Shown: positions 34,838 to 45,000 of the stretch, piece after piece
How positions within the stretch are numbered: position 1 is the stretch's first letter
How the letters are laid out: each line of letters starts with the position of its first letter
DNA from: a virus
Strand: one strand, 5' to 3'
DNA: 64,000 nucleotides
Virus record (IMG/VR): IMGVR_UViG_3300032323_001800
Location: 32,001-96,000 of that record
Notes under the pieces: generated by a model
Database searches by the model: none
The model's input: the letters and a program-made list of their open reading frames with translations, nothing else
What the model was told of the DNA's origin: nothing
Made by a program: the position numbers and the translations under genes

Positions 34838-35197
34838 TTATTCTGTTATACTTTTAGCAATTTCTTGACGTTGATTTTCTAAATCTAAATATTCTTGCTC
34901 GGTCATAGTTGTGTCAATAGTTAATGCTTTTTCTCTTAGGTGTCTTAATATTTTCCAATCAGTAGAATTTAAAAATTCACGTTTTTCATTATTTTCATTG
35001 AAAGTTTGTTGTTGTATTAATTGTTCTGGTGGTATAGTATCTACTGTTCTAGAATTTATATTAAAGTAGTGAGTTTTATTTTCAATTTTAGTAAAATCAT
35101 TGTCAGAAATCTCTACAACAGTAACAGTTTGTGGCACCGACGGTTGATAATTTAATATCGATATAACTTGATTATTTTCTAAACATACGTAGTGCAT
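34838..35197 (-). CDS. Tail fibre assembly chaperone-like protein
   Basis: REFLNSTDWKILRH...YLDLENQRQEIA pattern, directly after a fibre gene. Confidence 0.6.
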   Translation of the reverse strand: MHYVCLENNQVISILNYQPSVPQTVTVVEISDNDFTKIENKTHYFNINSRTVDTIPPEQLIQQQTFNENNEKREFLNSTDWKILRHLREKALTIDTTMTEQEYLDLENQRQEIAKSITE

Positions 35198-35199
35198 TT

Positions 35200-37164
35200 T
35201 TAACTCCAAATAGCTAGCCAGTTGGCTGCAGGTGTTGATCTTTGTTCTGTATTTTGTACATAAACTCTAATTCTATCTCCCAAATTACTCCAAGTACAAC
35301 GTAAAGAGTCGTTACCATCAACTCGTCCGGCATAATGAATCACTGCTATACTAGGTATAAAAGCTACTAAATTAGACATAGTTTTATTTCCAGTACCGGA
35401 TACTGAAAAATCATACATTATAACTGTATGTTGATATGTTCCACTTCCAAGAGTAAATTCGAAAACTCCAGAAAAAACTATCGACCCTCTAGTATATCGT
35501 CTTTCACTATCACTTAGAATTGTAGCTGTTTGCAACGGAGAAGACACTTCAAATGTATTATTAAAATTTACATAGGTAGCCACGCCGTAAAATTCTGTTC
35601 CTAAAAATTCAGGAGCAGACAATGGAGGATCTATTACTATCCATTCGTTTGGAACTACAGAATTAACGTCGTTTAATGCTGCTGCATAATCGTTAATATT
35701 TCTTATTGTTGATGTAACTGACACAGTTGGTTGAGAACCTGGAGGAAATACATCAAAAAAGTTTGCACTATTATTCCAAGAACCTACTTGATTAGTAAAT
35801 CCAGCTGTGCTATACGTTGTGTTTCCGTACGTTATTGTATAATTGGATGGTATAGCTGCTAGTGCTCCTTGAAGCACTATATTATCACGAGTATCAACAT
35901 ATCGCTTAGTGGCAGCATGTAAGGCAGATGTAGGATCAACTGGTAACGTTAATATTCCAGTCAATGTTCCACCGTTGATAGGAAGCTTTGTGTTATCGAC
36001 AATTGTTATATTTCCAGTACCATCAAACGCTTCACCGTTTATTGTTCTTGGTGTTTGTAATCTAGTAGCGGTTGTAGAATTTCCAGAAACATCTCCAGTA
36101 ACATTACCTATAACATTCCCTGTGACATTTCCTAGATGATCTCCTGCTAGATTTCCTGTAACGTTACCTGTTAAATTACCAGTGACGGTGCCTGTAACAT
36201 TACCTGTAACATTACCTGTAACATTACCCTGTAAATTTCCAACCACATCACCTTGAACATCACCAAACACTGCTACAGCAGATGCTCCTGTTAATGTTCC
36301 TACAAAGTTATTTGCTGTGATTGTTCCTGCAGAAAAATTTCCGCTGCTATCACGTTTAACAATAGTATCATCTAAATTATTCGAACTAGCATCTACTGAC
36401 CAAGTAACCGATGTTGATCCAGTATAATTACTGCCAATCAAATGCTCCCCTGGAATTAACGGATTTGGAGATACAGCATTAATTGTTATATCTGCTGATC
36501 CGTTAAATGCTACTCCATTTATATTTCTAGCAGTTGCTAATGCAGTAGCGGTAGTAGCATTGCCATTGACCTGTCCGTTAAAAACTGACGTTGAGGAAAC
36601 TGTTATACCTTTTTTAAGATTAGTAAATCCTGCTACGGCATCCAAGGAATTAATTTCAAAATCTCTTTCGGCAAATATTGCTACCACAGTATCATTAAGA
36701 GTAGCCTTTATAATCGGCCAATAATTTCCAGATATATCTCGAGCCTTAGACGATATCAATCTAGTATCGCCAAATCCAAGCACTATCTCGGGCCCAATAA
36801 ATTGCCAAGCAGTTCCTGTATAAACATATAATTTTTTATTACCATCTAACCATTGGTCGCCTGCTGCCGGTGTGGTTGGTTGAGTTGATGATATTTCTAC
36901 ACCGCCAATAGTGTTCCACTCGTTGCCGCTATAGACCTTAATTCTTCCCTCGGTAGCATTGAACCATAATTGTCCAATTATTGGTCTGCCAGGTGCGTTT
37001 TCACCAGCAAAATTTTCTAGTAACCATAGGAAATTTTCGTTTTGAATTTCTCCATATCCGGCAAAGTTTTTTCCTACTAGTCCAACACTGGTAGTTGAGT
37101 CCAAAGTACCATCTTCTAGTACAACTAGAGGGTCTCCGTTAAATTTATTAATTTGATATGGCAT
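35200..37164 (-). CDS. Tail fibre paralogue with GNVT repeats
   Basis: Shared N-domain, GNVTGNVT tract, HAATKRYVD, distinct C-terminal domain. Confidence 0.75.
   Translation of the reverse strand: MPYQINKFNGDPLVVLEDGTLDSTTSVGLVGKNFAGYGEIQNENFLWLLENFAGENAPGRPIIGQLWFNATEGRIKVYSGNEWNTIGGVEISSTQPTTPAAGDQWLDGNKKLYVYTGTAWQFIGPEIVLGFGDTRLISSKARDISGNYWPIIKATLNDTVVAIFAERDFEINSLDAVAGFTNLKKGITVSSTSVFNGQVNGNATTATALATARNINGVAFNGSADITINAVSPNPLIPGEHLIGSNYTGSTSVTWSVDASSNNLDDTIVKRDSSGNFSAGTITANNFVGTLTGASAVAVFGDVQGDVVGNLQGNVTGNVTGNVTGTVTGNLTGNVTGNLAGDHLGNVTGNVIGNVTGDVSGNSTTATRLQTPRTINGEAFDGTGNITIVDNTKLPINGGTLTGILTLPVDPTSALHAATKRYVDTRDNIVLQGALAAIPSNYTITYGNTTYSTAGFTNQVGSWNNSANFFDVFPPGSQPTVSVTSTIRNINDYAAALNDVNSVVPNEWIVIDPPLSAPEFLGTEFYGVATYVNFNNTFEVSSPLQTATILSDSERRYTRGSIVFSGVFEFTLGSGTYQHTVIMYDFSVSGTGNKTMSNLVAFIPSIAVIHYAGRVDGNDSLRCTWSNLGDRIRVYVQNTEQRSTPAANWLAIWS
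36191..36226. repeat. 12-bp tandem repeat x3 (cctgtaacatta) encoding GNVT units
   Basis: Three perfect copies inside a longer degenerate tract (about 36100-36260). Confidence 0.9.
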
Positions 37165-37185
37165 GGTTTAATCCGCTGTTTGTAA

Positions 37186-37191
37186 TATTTA
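37186..37191 (-). promoter_or_regulatory. Putative late promoter core TAAATA
   Basis: Intergenic gtTAAATA upstream of ATG 37164. Confidence 0.45.
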
Positions 37192-37193
37192 AC

Positions 37194-39173
37194 TTAAACA
37201 TAAGTTCCAAAAAGTGCTGAGTTAGTTGTTGTTGGAGAATCGTCTTCATCAATAAAGGTTCTTACCCAAGATTTGCCGCTAGGTGCTCCAGATGCTGTTA
37301 ATGTAAATACCTGACGACCTCTTCTTACTAACGGTCTAGCAAATGCTCGTCTTGGAAACTCTTCAGCTGCTACTGTTTGAATATATCCGTCAGCAGTAGT
37401 CGTTAAAAGATTTATCTGCATAGGTAATTGATCAGGCAAATAATATCTCATAGTTGATATTCTTGTTTCTGTACCCACATCGTATTCTGTAGTTGGTGCT
37501 ATGCTTTCAATGATAGCAGCAATTTCAGATTCAGTTAATGGAGTATCAATTAACGGATCGTCGCCTGTGATGTCTAATGTCAAAGGAATATTTCTTGTTC
37601 TTACTAGTCCAGCAACGTATTTTTTAGATGTTGCTTCCGAAAGCTCTGTTGATGTTAAAATATTTCCCGCTTCAACTGTTTGATCAATACTGTCTTCGCT
37701 AGTAGTTTGCACACCAATAATTTTTGGTTTTGTTGCGCCTTCTAAAATTACATTGCCTAACGGTTCTATAATTATATTGGCAGGATTAGCACTACCGCCA
37801 TCTATGTAAGCCGCAGATCTAGCATTATTAGAAATTCTATTATTATTAATTGTAATGTTATCAGATGTAACAGAAGTTTGAGCACCGAATGATGTTAATC
37901 CTGGAGCAGAACTAACTGCGCTGGTTAATTCTATACCCGACCCAGTATCTCTTAGTACTTCAATTCCGCCAATTTTATAAGATTTAAGTGCTGGAATATC
38001 GATAGTTTCTGTAAAGTCCCAATCGCTTGTAGATTGATTCCATAGAATTGAATGATCGGTTGTGCCTTTTAGAACAATGCCGCCGCCATTAGCAGTGGTG
38101 TCTGTAGCAGATCCAGATTCTGGTACTCCTAATTCTATTGTCTTATCTAATAATCGTATAGTCTCTGATGCTACAAAAACAGTAGATCCTTCTACTGTTA
38201 AATTACCTTTTACTGTTAGTGCGCCGCCGACTGTGGTAATACTGTTTAAGTTTGATGGATATATATTAAACTCGTCTGGATTGCTTGTTAAAAGATCACC
38301 AGGTTTAATCACTAACGAATTTCCAACAATATTATCTCTAGTAGTTCTAAAAACTATCTGTCTATTATCGGAAATGTTTGACATAATTACATCGCCGGAT
38401 CCCTCTACTGATAAGTTACCTTGTGGCCCAGGACCCCACGATATTCCAGCAACGTTTTGAATAGTAATTGGTTGAGTGAATGTATTAGCAATGCCCTTTC
38501 TAGGATATTCGGCTGCTACGTAAGTTCCTAGTCTTTCTGCATCTTCTACTATCCCTCGATATTTAAAATCAGCAGGGTTAGCTGGATTGAATCCAATTCT
38601 GATAACAGGGCTCGGATTCGATGGATCTGCATTATATCCTGCTGGTCTGGTTCTAATAACAAATTCAACTGAACTAAAATAACCGGACAGCGAACCTGCT
38701 GTATATAATGATGTTACTGTTCTAAATCGTCGATTATTATCTTCAATCTGTTCAACCCGAATTCCACTGATACCTTGATTGAATGAAAAATCAGGACCTA
38801 ACAAGTAATCACGGACTCCGTCAAAGAAATATAATTGTTTATCTACACTGTTAAACCAAAAATCACCAACACCTACTTGTAATGGTCTAGATTCCGATAA
38901 TACCGCAGTTCCAATTGATTTCCAACCCGAACCGGAATATACTTTAATTCTTGCTTCTGCTGTATCATACCATAGTTGTCCTTCTAACGGATTACCTGGT
39001 TGTGACTGGCTGGCGAAGTTTTCTAATATTTTAACAAAATTTTCATTGATAAATTCACCAAACCCACTGTAATTTTTTCCAACCAACGTTATATCAGTAG
39101 TTGCTTGATCGATTTGACCGTCAGCAACTACTACTATTGGTGTTCCGTCAGTTTTATTAATTGTATATGCCAT
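37194..39173 (-). CDS. Tail fibre paralogue
   Basis: Shared N-domain GKNYSGFGEFINENF. The C-domain resembles that of 33086-34825. Confidence 0.75.
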   Translation of the reverse strand: MAYTINKTDGTPIVVVADGQIDQATTDITLVGKNYSGFGEFINENFVKILENFASQSQPGNPLEGQLWYDTAEARIKVYSGSGWKSIGTAVLSESRPLQVGVGDFWFNSVDKQLYFFDGVRDYLLGPDFSFNQGISGIRVEQIEDNNRRFRTVTSLYTAGSLSGYFSSVEFVIRTRPAGYNADPSNPSPVIRIGFNPANPADFKYRGIVEDAERLGTYVAAEYPRKGIANTFTQPITIQNVAGISWGPGPQGNLSVEGSGDVIMSNISDNRQIVFRTTRDNIVGNSLVIKPGDLLTSNPDEFNIYPSNLNSITTVGGALTVKGNLTVEGSTVFVASETIRLLDKTIELGVPESGSATDTTANGGGIVLKGTTDHSILWNQSTSDWDFTETIDIPALKSYKIGGIEVLRDTGSGIELTSAVSSAPGLTSFGAQTSVTSDNITINNNRISNNARSAAYIDGGSANPANIIIEPLGNVILEGATKPKIIGVQTTSEDSIDQTVEAGNILTSTELSEATSKKYVAGLVRTRNIPLTLDITGDDPLIDTPLTESEIAAIIESIAPTTEYDVGTETRISTMRYYLPDQLPMQINLLTTTADGYIQTVAAEEFPRRAFARPLVRRGRQVFTLTASGAPSGKSWVRTFIDEDDSPTTTNSALFGTYV

Positions 39174-39183
39174 ATTTTATACC

Positions 39184-41391
39184 TTAAACAGTTTGTTCTT
39201 CAATTGGTTTTCCAGATCTAATAATGTAATTTAAAGTTATAAAAGGATTTAACACTTCAAACGGACGACCTGTTAATGATGTTGATGCGCCAGGAGCTCT
39301 TCTATTTTCATCAGCGATCCTAACAAGTCCTGAAGATGTCATTTTTCTACTTTGATTAATCAATGTACCATATGCTGTAGATGAGTTTGGCACCTGTGGA
39401 GGACCAATCGGTGTTTGTGGTGTAAAATCAACCACCGATGTTGCTCGATCATGCAGTACATAATATTGAATGTTAGACGGTTGATTGTCAGATCGTCTTC
39501 CTTGTAAATCATGATCGTGATCTGGAATATTAAATGGTTCAATGATATACTCAGATGCTCCGCCGCTGTCACCTAAAATGTTAGCTGCGCCGTCACTCTT
39601 AACTCTATATGTTGTAGCTGTTAGATCAATTGTAGCTGGGATTCCGCCCGGAAACGGCATGTCTAAATCGTTGTTCATGGTCTGCAGACCGAGAACAAAT
39701 CGTCCTCGTAAATCAGGTAATCTAAAAGATCCACCCGATGTAGTAACAGGTGTTAATGGAACCGATCCGTTATAAATTGAACCGATAACTTCAAAAAGTG
39801 CTCGATATCGATATACTTCAACTTCCGACCCGTCACATAATAAGTAACCGGGTGGTAAATTTCTCCAGGCATCTGAGCCCGATCCTTGACCAGCATAAGG
39901 TAAAATTGTTCCAATCGGAACTGATAAGTCATCAAAAAACACCGCTCTGGTTGTTTTTCTTAAACCTGTACTTGATCTATAGACTAGAATTTCATCTGAA
40001 TCTTTAGACGTTCCTATTGATGGTTTATTTGAAATAATATCAGCAGTAAGCTGAGTAGTAAAAACTTTGTTTAAATTACCAGTACCATTAAAAGAAACAA
40101 CGTTACTTTGTACGTCGCCCTCAAGTTTAAAGTTAGTAGCAGATCTTAGACTTGTTGCCGAATTGGCATTACCGCCAATGTCTCCATCTAAGTTTCCTTC
40201 GATAGTGTTTGCTACAATAGTGTCAGCATAAATTGTGTTGTATCTATTTGTTACTTTTCCAATTGTTTCTGATGCTGTTCTTGGTTCTAAAGATTTAGTT
40301 TTTAATGTACCATTTAATAATTCAAGATCACCGCCGACGATAATATTCTTAGAAACTGCTAGTCCGCCTAATGTTCTTACTGATCCATTTTCTAAGTTAG
40401 TTGCATCGTCTGTAGAATTACTTAAAATTGTACCAGTTAATTCTAGATTTCCTAAAATGTCTAATGCTTCAGTAGGAGACTGAGTATTAATTCCAACCTT
40501 GTCCTCAACTACACGAATAATTGTATTGGGCTGACCTGATCGACTTGTTTGGATATCAATAGCAGCACCTGCTGTTGAATTGTAAATTGTAGAATTAGCA
40601 TTTGAAACACTTAAACGGAAGTTACCGTCAGTACCAACAGTAAGCCCTGCGTTATCCTTAACGTTAAATTGCTTTTGAATTGTTCCGATTTCGTCAGTTC
40701 TTAAAAAACTTGTAGAAGGAATTGTATTTGTACCAACTACTAGTCCTTCAGCTGATGTAGCAATACCAACAAACTTTGGTGTAAAAGCTCCTGCGCCAAT
40801 GTCTGTTCTAGTTGTTAAGTTAATACCTGTTCTAATTAAAGAAAATCCCTGAATTGATATTTTTGGTACAAACTGATCTCTACTGATAATAGATACTGGG
40901 ATGTCATCAGTATAGAATATGATAACTGTTCTTTTTAAGTTATCGATGTCGAACAACGATTCAACTAGCGGGCCTGAACGTGTGCCTTCGCTGAATTGCG
41001 GGCCAACTAATATCCAGTTTGTGCCCGACCAAAGATATAACTGTTGAGTTGATGTATTGACCCACAAGTCGCCCACATCAGCATCTGTCGGTTCATTAAC
41101 CGCAGTCTTAATGTTACTGGTGGTTTTCCAACCAATACCATCAAAAACAAATAATCTGTTTTCATTAGAATTATACCACAGTTGCCCAATTACTGCTTTT
41201 GCTGTAGAAGGTGCAACATCACTGGCAAAATTTTCTAATAAATGTAAAAAGTTTTCAGCAATTAATTTACCATATCCTGTTTGATTTCTTCCAGGCAACG
41301 TTAAACTAGTTGCTGTATTTGGTGTGTTATCAACGACTTCTAACGGTTCTGGATTTAAATTGTCGTCTGTAAAGAATACGCTATATGTCAT
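39184..41391 (-). CDS. Tail fibre paralogue with tail-collar domain (short-fibre-like)
   Basis: Shared N-domain. Collar VPIGTILPYAG...GYLLCDGS...FRLPDLRGRF. C-terminal PFITLNYIIR. Confidence 0.82.
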   Translation of the reverse strand: MTYSVFFTDDNLNPEPLEVVDNTPNTATSLTLPGRNQTGYGKLIAENFLHLLENFASDVAPSTAKAVIGQLWYNSNENRLFVFDGIGWKTTSNIKTAVNEPTDADVGDLWVNTSTQQLYLWSGTNWILVGPQFSEGTRSGPLVESLFDIDNLKRTVIIFYTDDIPVSIISRDQFVPKISIQGFSLIRTGINLTTRTDIGAGAFTPKFVGIATSAEGLVVGTNTIPSTSFLRTDEIGTIQKQFNVKDNAGLTVGTDGNFRLSVSNANSTIYNSTAGAAIDIQTSRSGQPNTIIRVVEDKVGINTQSPTEALDILGNLELTGTILSNSTDDATNLENGSVRTLGGLAVSKNIIVGGDLELLNGTLKTKSLEPRTASETIGKVTNRYNTIYADTIVANTIEGNLDGDIGGNANSATSLRSATNFKLEGDVQSNVVSFNGTGNLNKVFTTQLTADIISNKPSIGTSKDSDEILVYRSSTGLRKTTRAVFFDDLSVPIGTILPYAGQGSGSDAWRNLPPGYLLCDGSEVEVYRYRALFEVIGSIYNGSVPLTPVTTSGGSFRLPDLRGRFVLGLQTMNNDLDMPFPGGIPATIDLTATTYRVKSDGAANILGDSGGASEYIIEPFNIPDHDHDLQGRRSDNQPSNIQYYVLHDRATSVVDFTPQTPIGPPQVPNSSTAYGTLINQSRKMTSSGLVRIADENRRAPGASTSLTGRPFEVLNPFITLNYIIRSGKPIEEQTV

Positions 41392-41393
41392 TT

Positions 41394-42050
41394 TTATACC
41401 TCAGTAAAACCGGTTAAGCTTTGTACTCGAACGGTATAATCTATTTGAATTAATCGATTTAATGATTTTTGCACAGGGTGAAAAATAACATGAGTTAAAA
41501 GCCTGCCAGTTCCGGCTGCTTTTAATCCCAATTCATCAAATACAAATTCGCCGGACAAGTCAGTTGAATTGTCAAACGCCTCTTGGCCGCTTGGTTCGCC
41601 GTAGTCTAATAAACAGGAAACTAAAATATCAGAATAAGTTGCTCCGCTGATATGTCTAACTTCCATTTTATTTCTAATGTTATCAGTATTAATAGCAGAA
41701 TTTTGATCAACAACTTTTAGATAAGTTTGATTATATAAACTTGAATTTATACCCACAGTGTTTGGAGTCAAATAGGTAATTAACCCTGTTGGATCTACCA
41801 CTGTACCTCCGTTGCCAAATACCATTTCTGATATCCATCCTTGACCTTGGTTTGATAACGCACTAGCCATTGCTACTGACATATTTTCGTAGTGTATAGC
41901 GTTTCGTTTATCTATGAAAACTTCTTTAGTTTCAGGGTCAAATATTTTAATATGACCTTCAACATGAAATCCCATATTCTCGTCAGGGCGAGAAATTGGT
42001 ATATTTTTATCTGTATTTTGTGGCATAATTTTAGACTCGTCTTTTTCCAT
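41394..42050 (-). CDS. Putative baseplate/fibre-attachment protein
   Basis: 218 aa, EGHIKIFD...FVFDELGLK...QIDYTVRVQ, between the giant protein and the fibres. Confidence 0.5.
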   Translation of the reverse strand: MEKDESKIMPQNTDKNIPISRPDENMGFHVEGHIKIFDPETKEVFIDKRNAIHYENMSVAMASALSNQGQGWISEMVFGNGGTVVDPTGLITYLTPNTVGINSSLYNQTYLKVVDQNSAINTDNIRNKMEVRHISGATYSDILVSCLLDYGEPSGQEAFDNSTDLSGEFVFDELGLKAAGTGRLLTHVIFHPVQKSLNRLIQIDYTVRVQSLTGFTEV

Positions 42051-42055
42051 ATATG

Positions 42056-42061
42056 TATTTA
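42056..42061 (-). promoter_or_regulatory. Putative late promoter core TAAATA
   Basis: TAAATA-catat-ATG(42050), no SD. Confidence 0.5.
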
Positions 42062-45000
42062 TTAGAGCAATTTTGTTGTTCGCTGTTGCAGGAATTTAGC
42101 AATAGGTGTAGTATTTTGGCTCAGCGTAACGCCTGTTGTAACTTCGTCGGCGCCTTGATTATACCAAACTTTTCCAGTTCGTTTAATAACTGTAATACGT
42201 GCTCCGGCTGGCGGAGTTTGGGTAATTCTTATAGCATTTGTTTGATTATCAACTGAAAATTCTGCTTCTAAAGTGACATCTCCCGCTGGACTGTAAGATC
42301 CTACTGTAGAATCATACACTGTAATTGGATCCTTTCTCAAGCGGCGACCTTGAACAAAAACTTCAATAGTATCGCAAGGATAAAAATTGTCCGGAATAGA
42401 ATTTGTATATGTAAATTCTACTAAGATTCCTTGCTGATTTTTTCTTGCTGCTGGAACAAACGGTAATCCTGTATAAATTTCAGAACTACCATCTGCTACA
42501 AAATCGTACCTATCTTGTGATTCTTTGTAAGGAACAATTTCTCGATATCCTACATCCACAACATAAGATTCTACAGGATGGGTAATTGCTATAGAAGTTC
42601 CTAATGTTCCTCTTCTTAGATCCTTTAACACATTTCCAACTTTGCGTAGATACTCAATTCTTTCACCGTTAATTGTTACAATTCCCGGCAATTTTAATTG
42701 AGGAGTACTTAATGTAGTAGCATCATTAACTTCCATTTCGTCATCGTAATAGTTAAGTTCTTTAGTTAGCTTAACATCCGTAACTGTATATCTATTATAG
42801 TGATGACTATTTAAAATATCTTTAAAAATTTCAAAAGCAAATGGTTGTTTATAAACCTCAGTAGCAAAAGAAATTATTTCTATTTCATCATCTTCTGTAT
42901 TACTATCTTTTAGATAAACAGTATTTCTTGGATAGTCAATATAGAAATCCACATCTGGAGTTAATCTGTCTCCGTTTTTATAAACCCAAACATAAGACAC
43001 TCCTAACGGAGCTCGTTGAAGTGGGTAATTTAATTGGCCACCAGTTCTAACATCTTTAACTAAATCTACTGACGAGTAACGATCAAACCAAATAATATCA
43101 ATTTTATCACCGGCTGTTAAAATTACATCATTAGATAACACAAGATTATTATCAATAATTTCATATTGCACTGCTTCGTATGTTTCTACTCGGATAACAT
43201 CACCGTGGTTTATATTTTGTTTAATAACATTAACACTGTTTGTAGCAGCTGAGAATTCATATTCAATACCAAATATTAGTGGAATATTGTTAATATAAGC
43301 TCTTACCTGAGCTTGAACAATTCCGCCAAATGTTTTTAATGGATCTCGTCCAACATTAACTATTCTATTTGTTCCGTCATATGTCTGTATAACGGTGTCA
43401 GCACATCTTAACAACTTATTGTTTAACTCAACAATAACGTTACCTGTAGCTGACGCTTGTAATTCAACAAAATCAGTCACAGCATATGTACGCTGAGAAG
43501 TATTAGTAACTGTTATAGTTTGATAGTTTGCTCTCACAATAGAATTGTCAGTTCCTGATTCGCCTGAAAGAACAATAATAGATACTTTAGATCCATTAGG
43601 TGGGGCAATACCAAACTCAACTAATGCTTTGTCGATATTATTAACAACACCGTTACTGTTAACAAATGCTACAGGAGTTGTTGAATAATCCACGGTAGCA
43701 AACACTCGACCGGCTTCTGCGTAAGATGCTGCTGTTAAGAAATATCGATTTGAACCGTCGCCTACAAATTCTCTATAATCTAAAATTTCAACACCGCCGA
43801 TACTTATTGAAAATATTTCAATTAATGAATTATTAATCGGTGCTGTTAAAAATCTTATTTGTTGTGTATCTGATACAAATGTATAATCAACATCAACTTC
43901 TTGTTTCACCTTATCAACAAACACAATAACAGAAGAATTTTCAAGAATAGTTTGTCCTATATTGTATAAAATAGTTGTGCCATCAGCGGTATAAATTCTT
44001 GACAATATCGCAGGTGCTCCTTGTCGATCTGAATGGAATACTTTTATGCTTACAGATTCTAGTACTTGCCCCGGAATGTTTTCTTCAGGAGCAGGAACTT
44101 GATCAGGACTTATAAACTTATCACCTTCGATAACTATCTCAGCTGCGGTTAACCCTGTTGCCGTTGAATAGGCTCCATTAATTGCGTTTGGTGCAACTAA
44201 GTTTCCTGTAGTATTGCTAGATAACAATCCACCGCTAACGTCGGCGTCGATTAGGTTAGCGTCTGTAATTGATAAAGAACCATCGCTAGTATCTGGACGG
44301 AATATCAGCACGTCGCCGTCTTGTATCGTTACCGCTGGAGGAATTACTATTGACCGCGTTGATCCATCACCAATAAATGTATCCATTACTGCTGTATCTA
44401 TCGGAGCATCACTCAATACTAGTATATTTTGCAATACTTGATCTAATGTTTGTTCCAACAAAACTACTGACTGAGTAGCGGTATTGTATTCTGTAGTTGC
44501 CGTTGCTAGTGCTGAATTAGCATTAGATAATGCTAAAATCAACGGTGCTTCAGCAGCCTCTAATGCGTCTAAAGTTACATTTAACGCATCAATTTCATCT
44601 TGCTTATCATTGATTTCTGTTTGTTTATCATCAATTGCAGAAACTATAGCATCAAGTTGATTCACCAATGTCTGATATGCTGGATTAGGAATAACATTCG
44701 ATGGTGGAACAAAAATTGTAGGCGGAGTTGAAGCAATTTGTATTTCTATCGACGATTTTTGATTATTTAAAACACTCAACTCGACCTGTAAATCTCCTCG
44801 ATCGTTTTCGGCCTGTGTAATGTCGCTTTCAATAGATGAAATTTCTAGTTGTTTGTTCAACAATAGTGTATTAGCAGAATTTCTATCAATCTGAGCTTGA
44901 TTTAACAAATTTAATTTTTGTTGTTTAATAAGATTTTGATTAATAATTTGAGATTCTAATGTAGTCTGTTGATCTTCTAAATTGTTTCTTCTCTCATTTA

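Noticed and set aside
36100-36260. Tandem repeat considered as a CRISPR array
   Set aside because: 12-bp in-frame coding repeat with no spacers.
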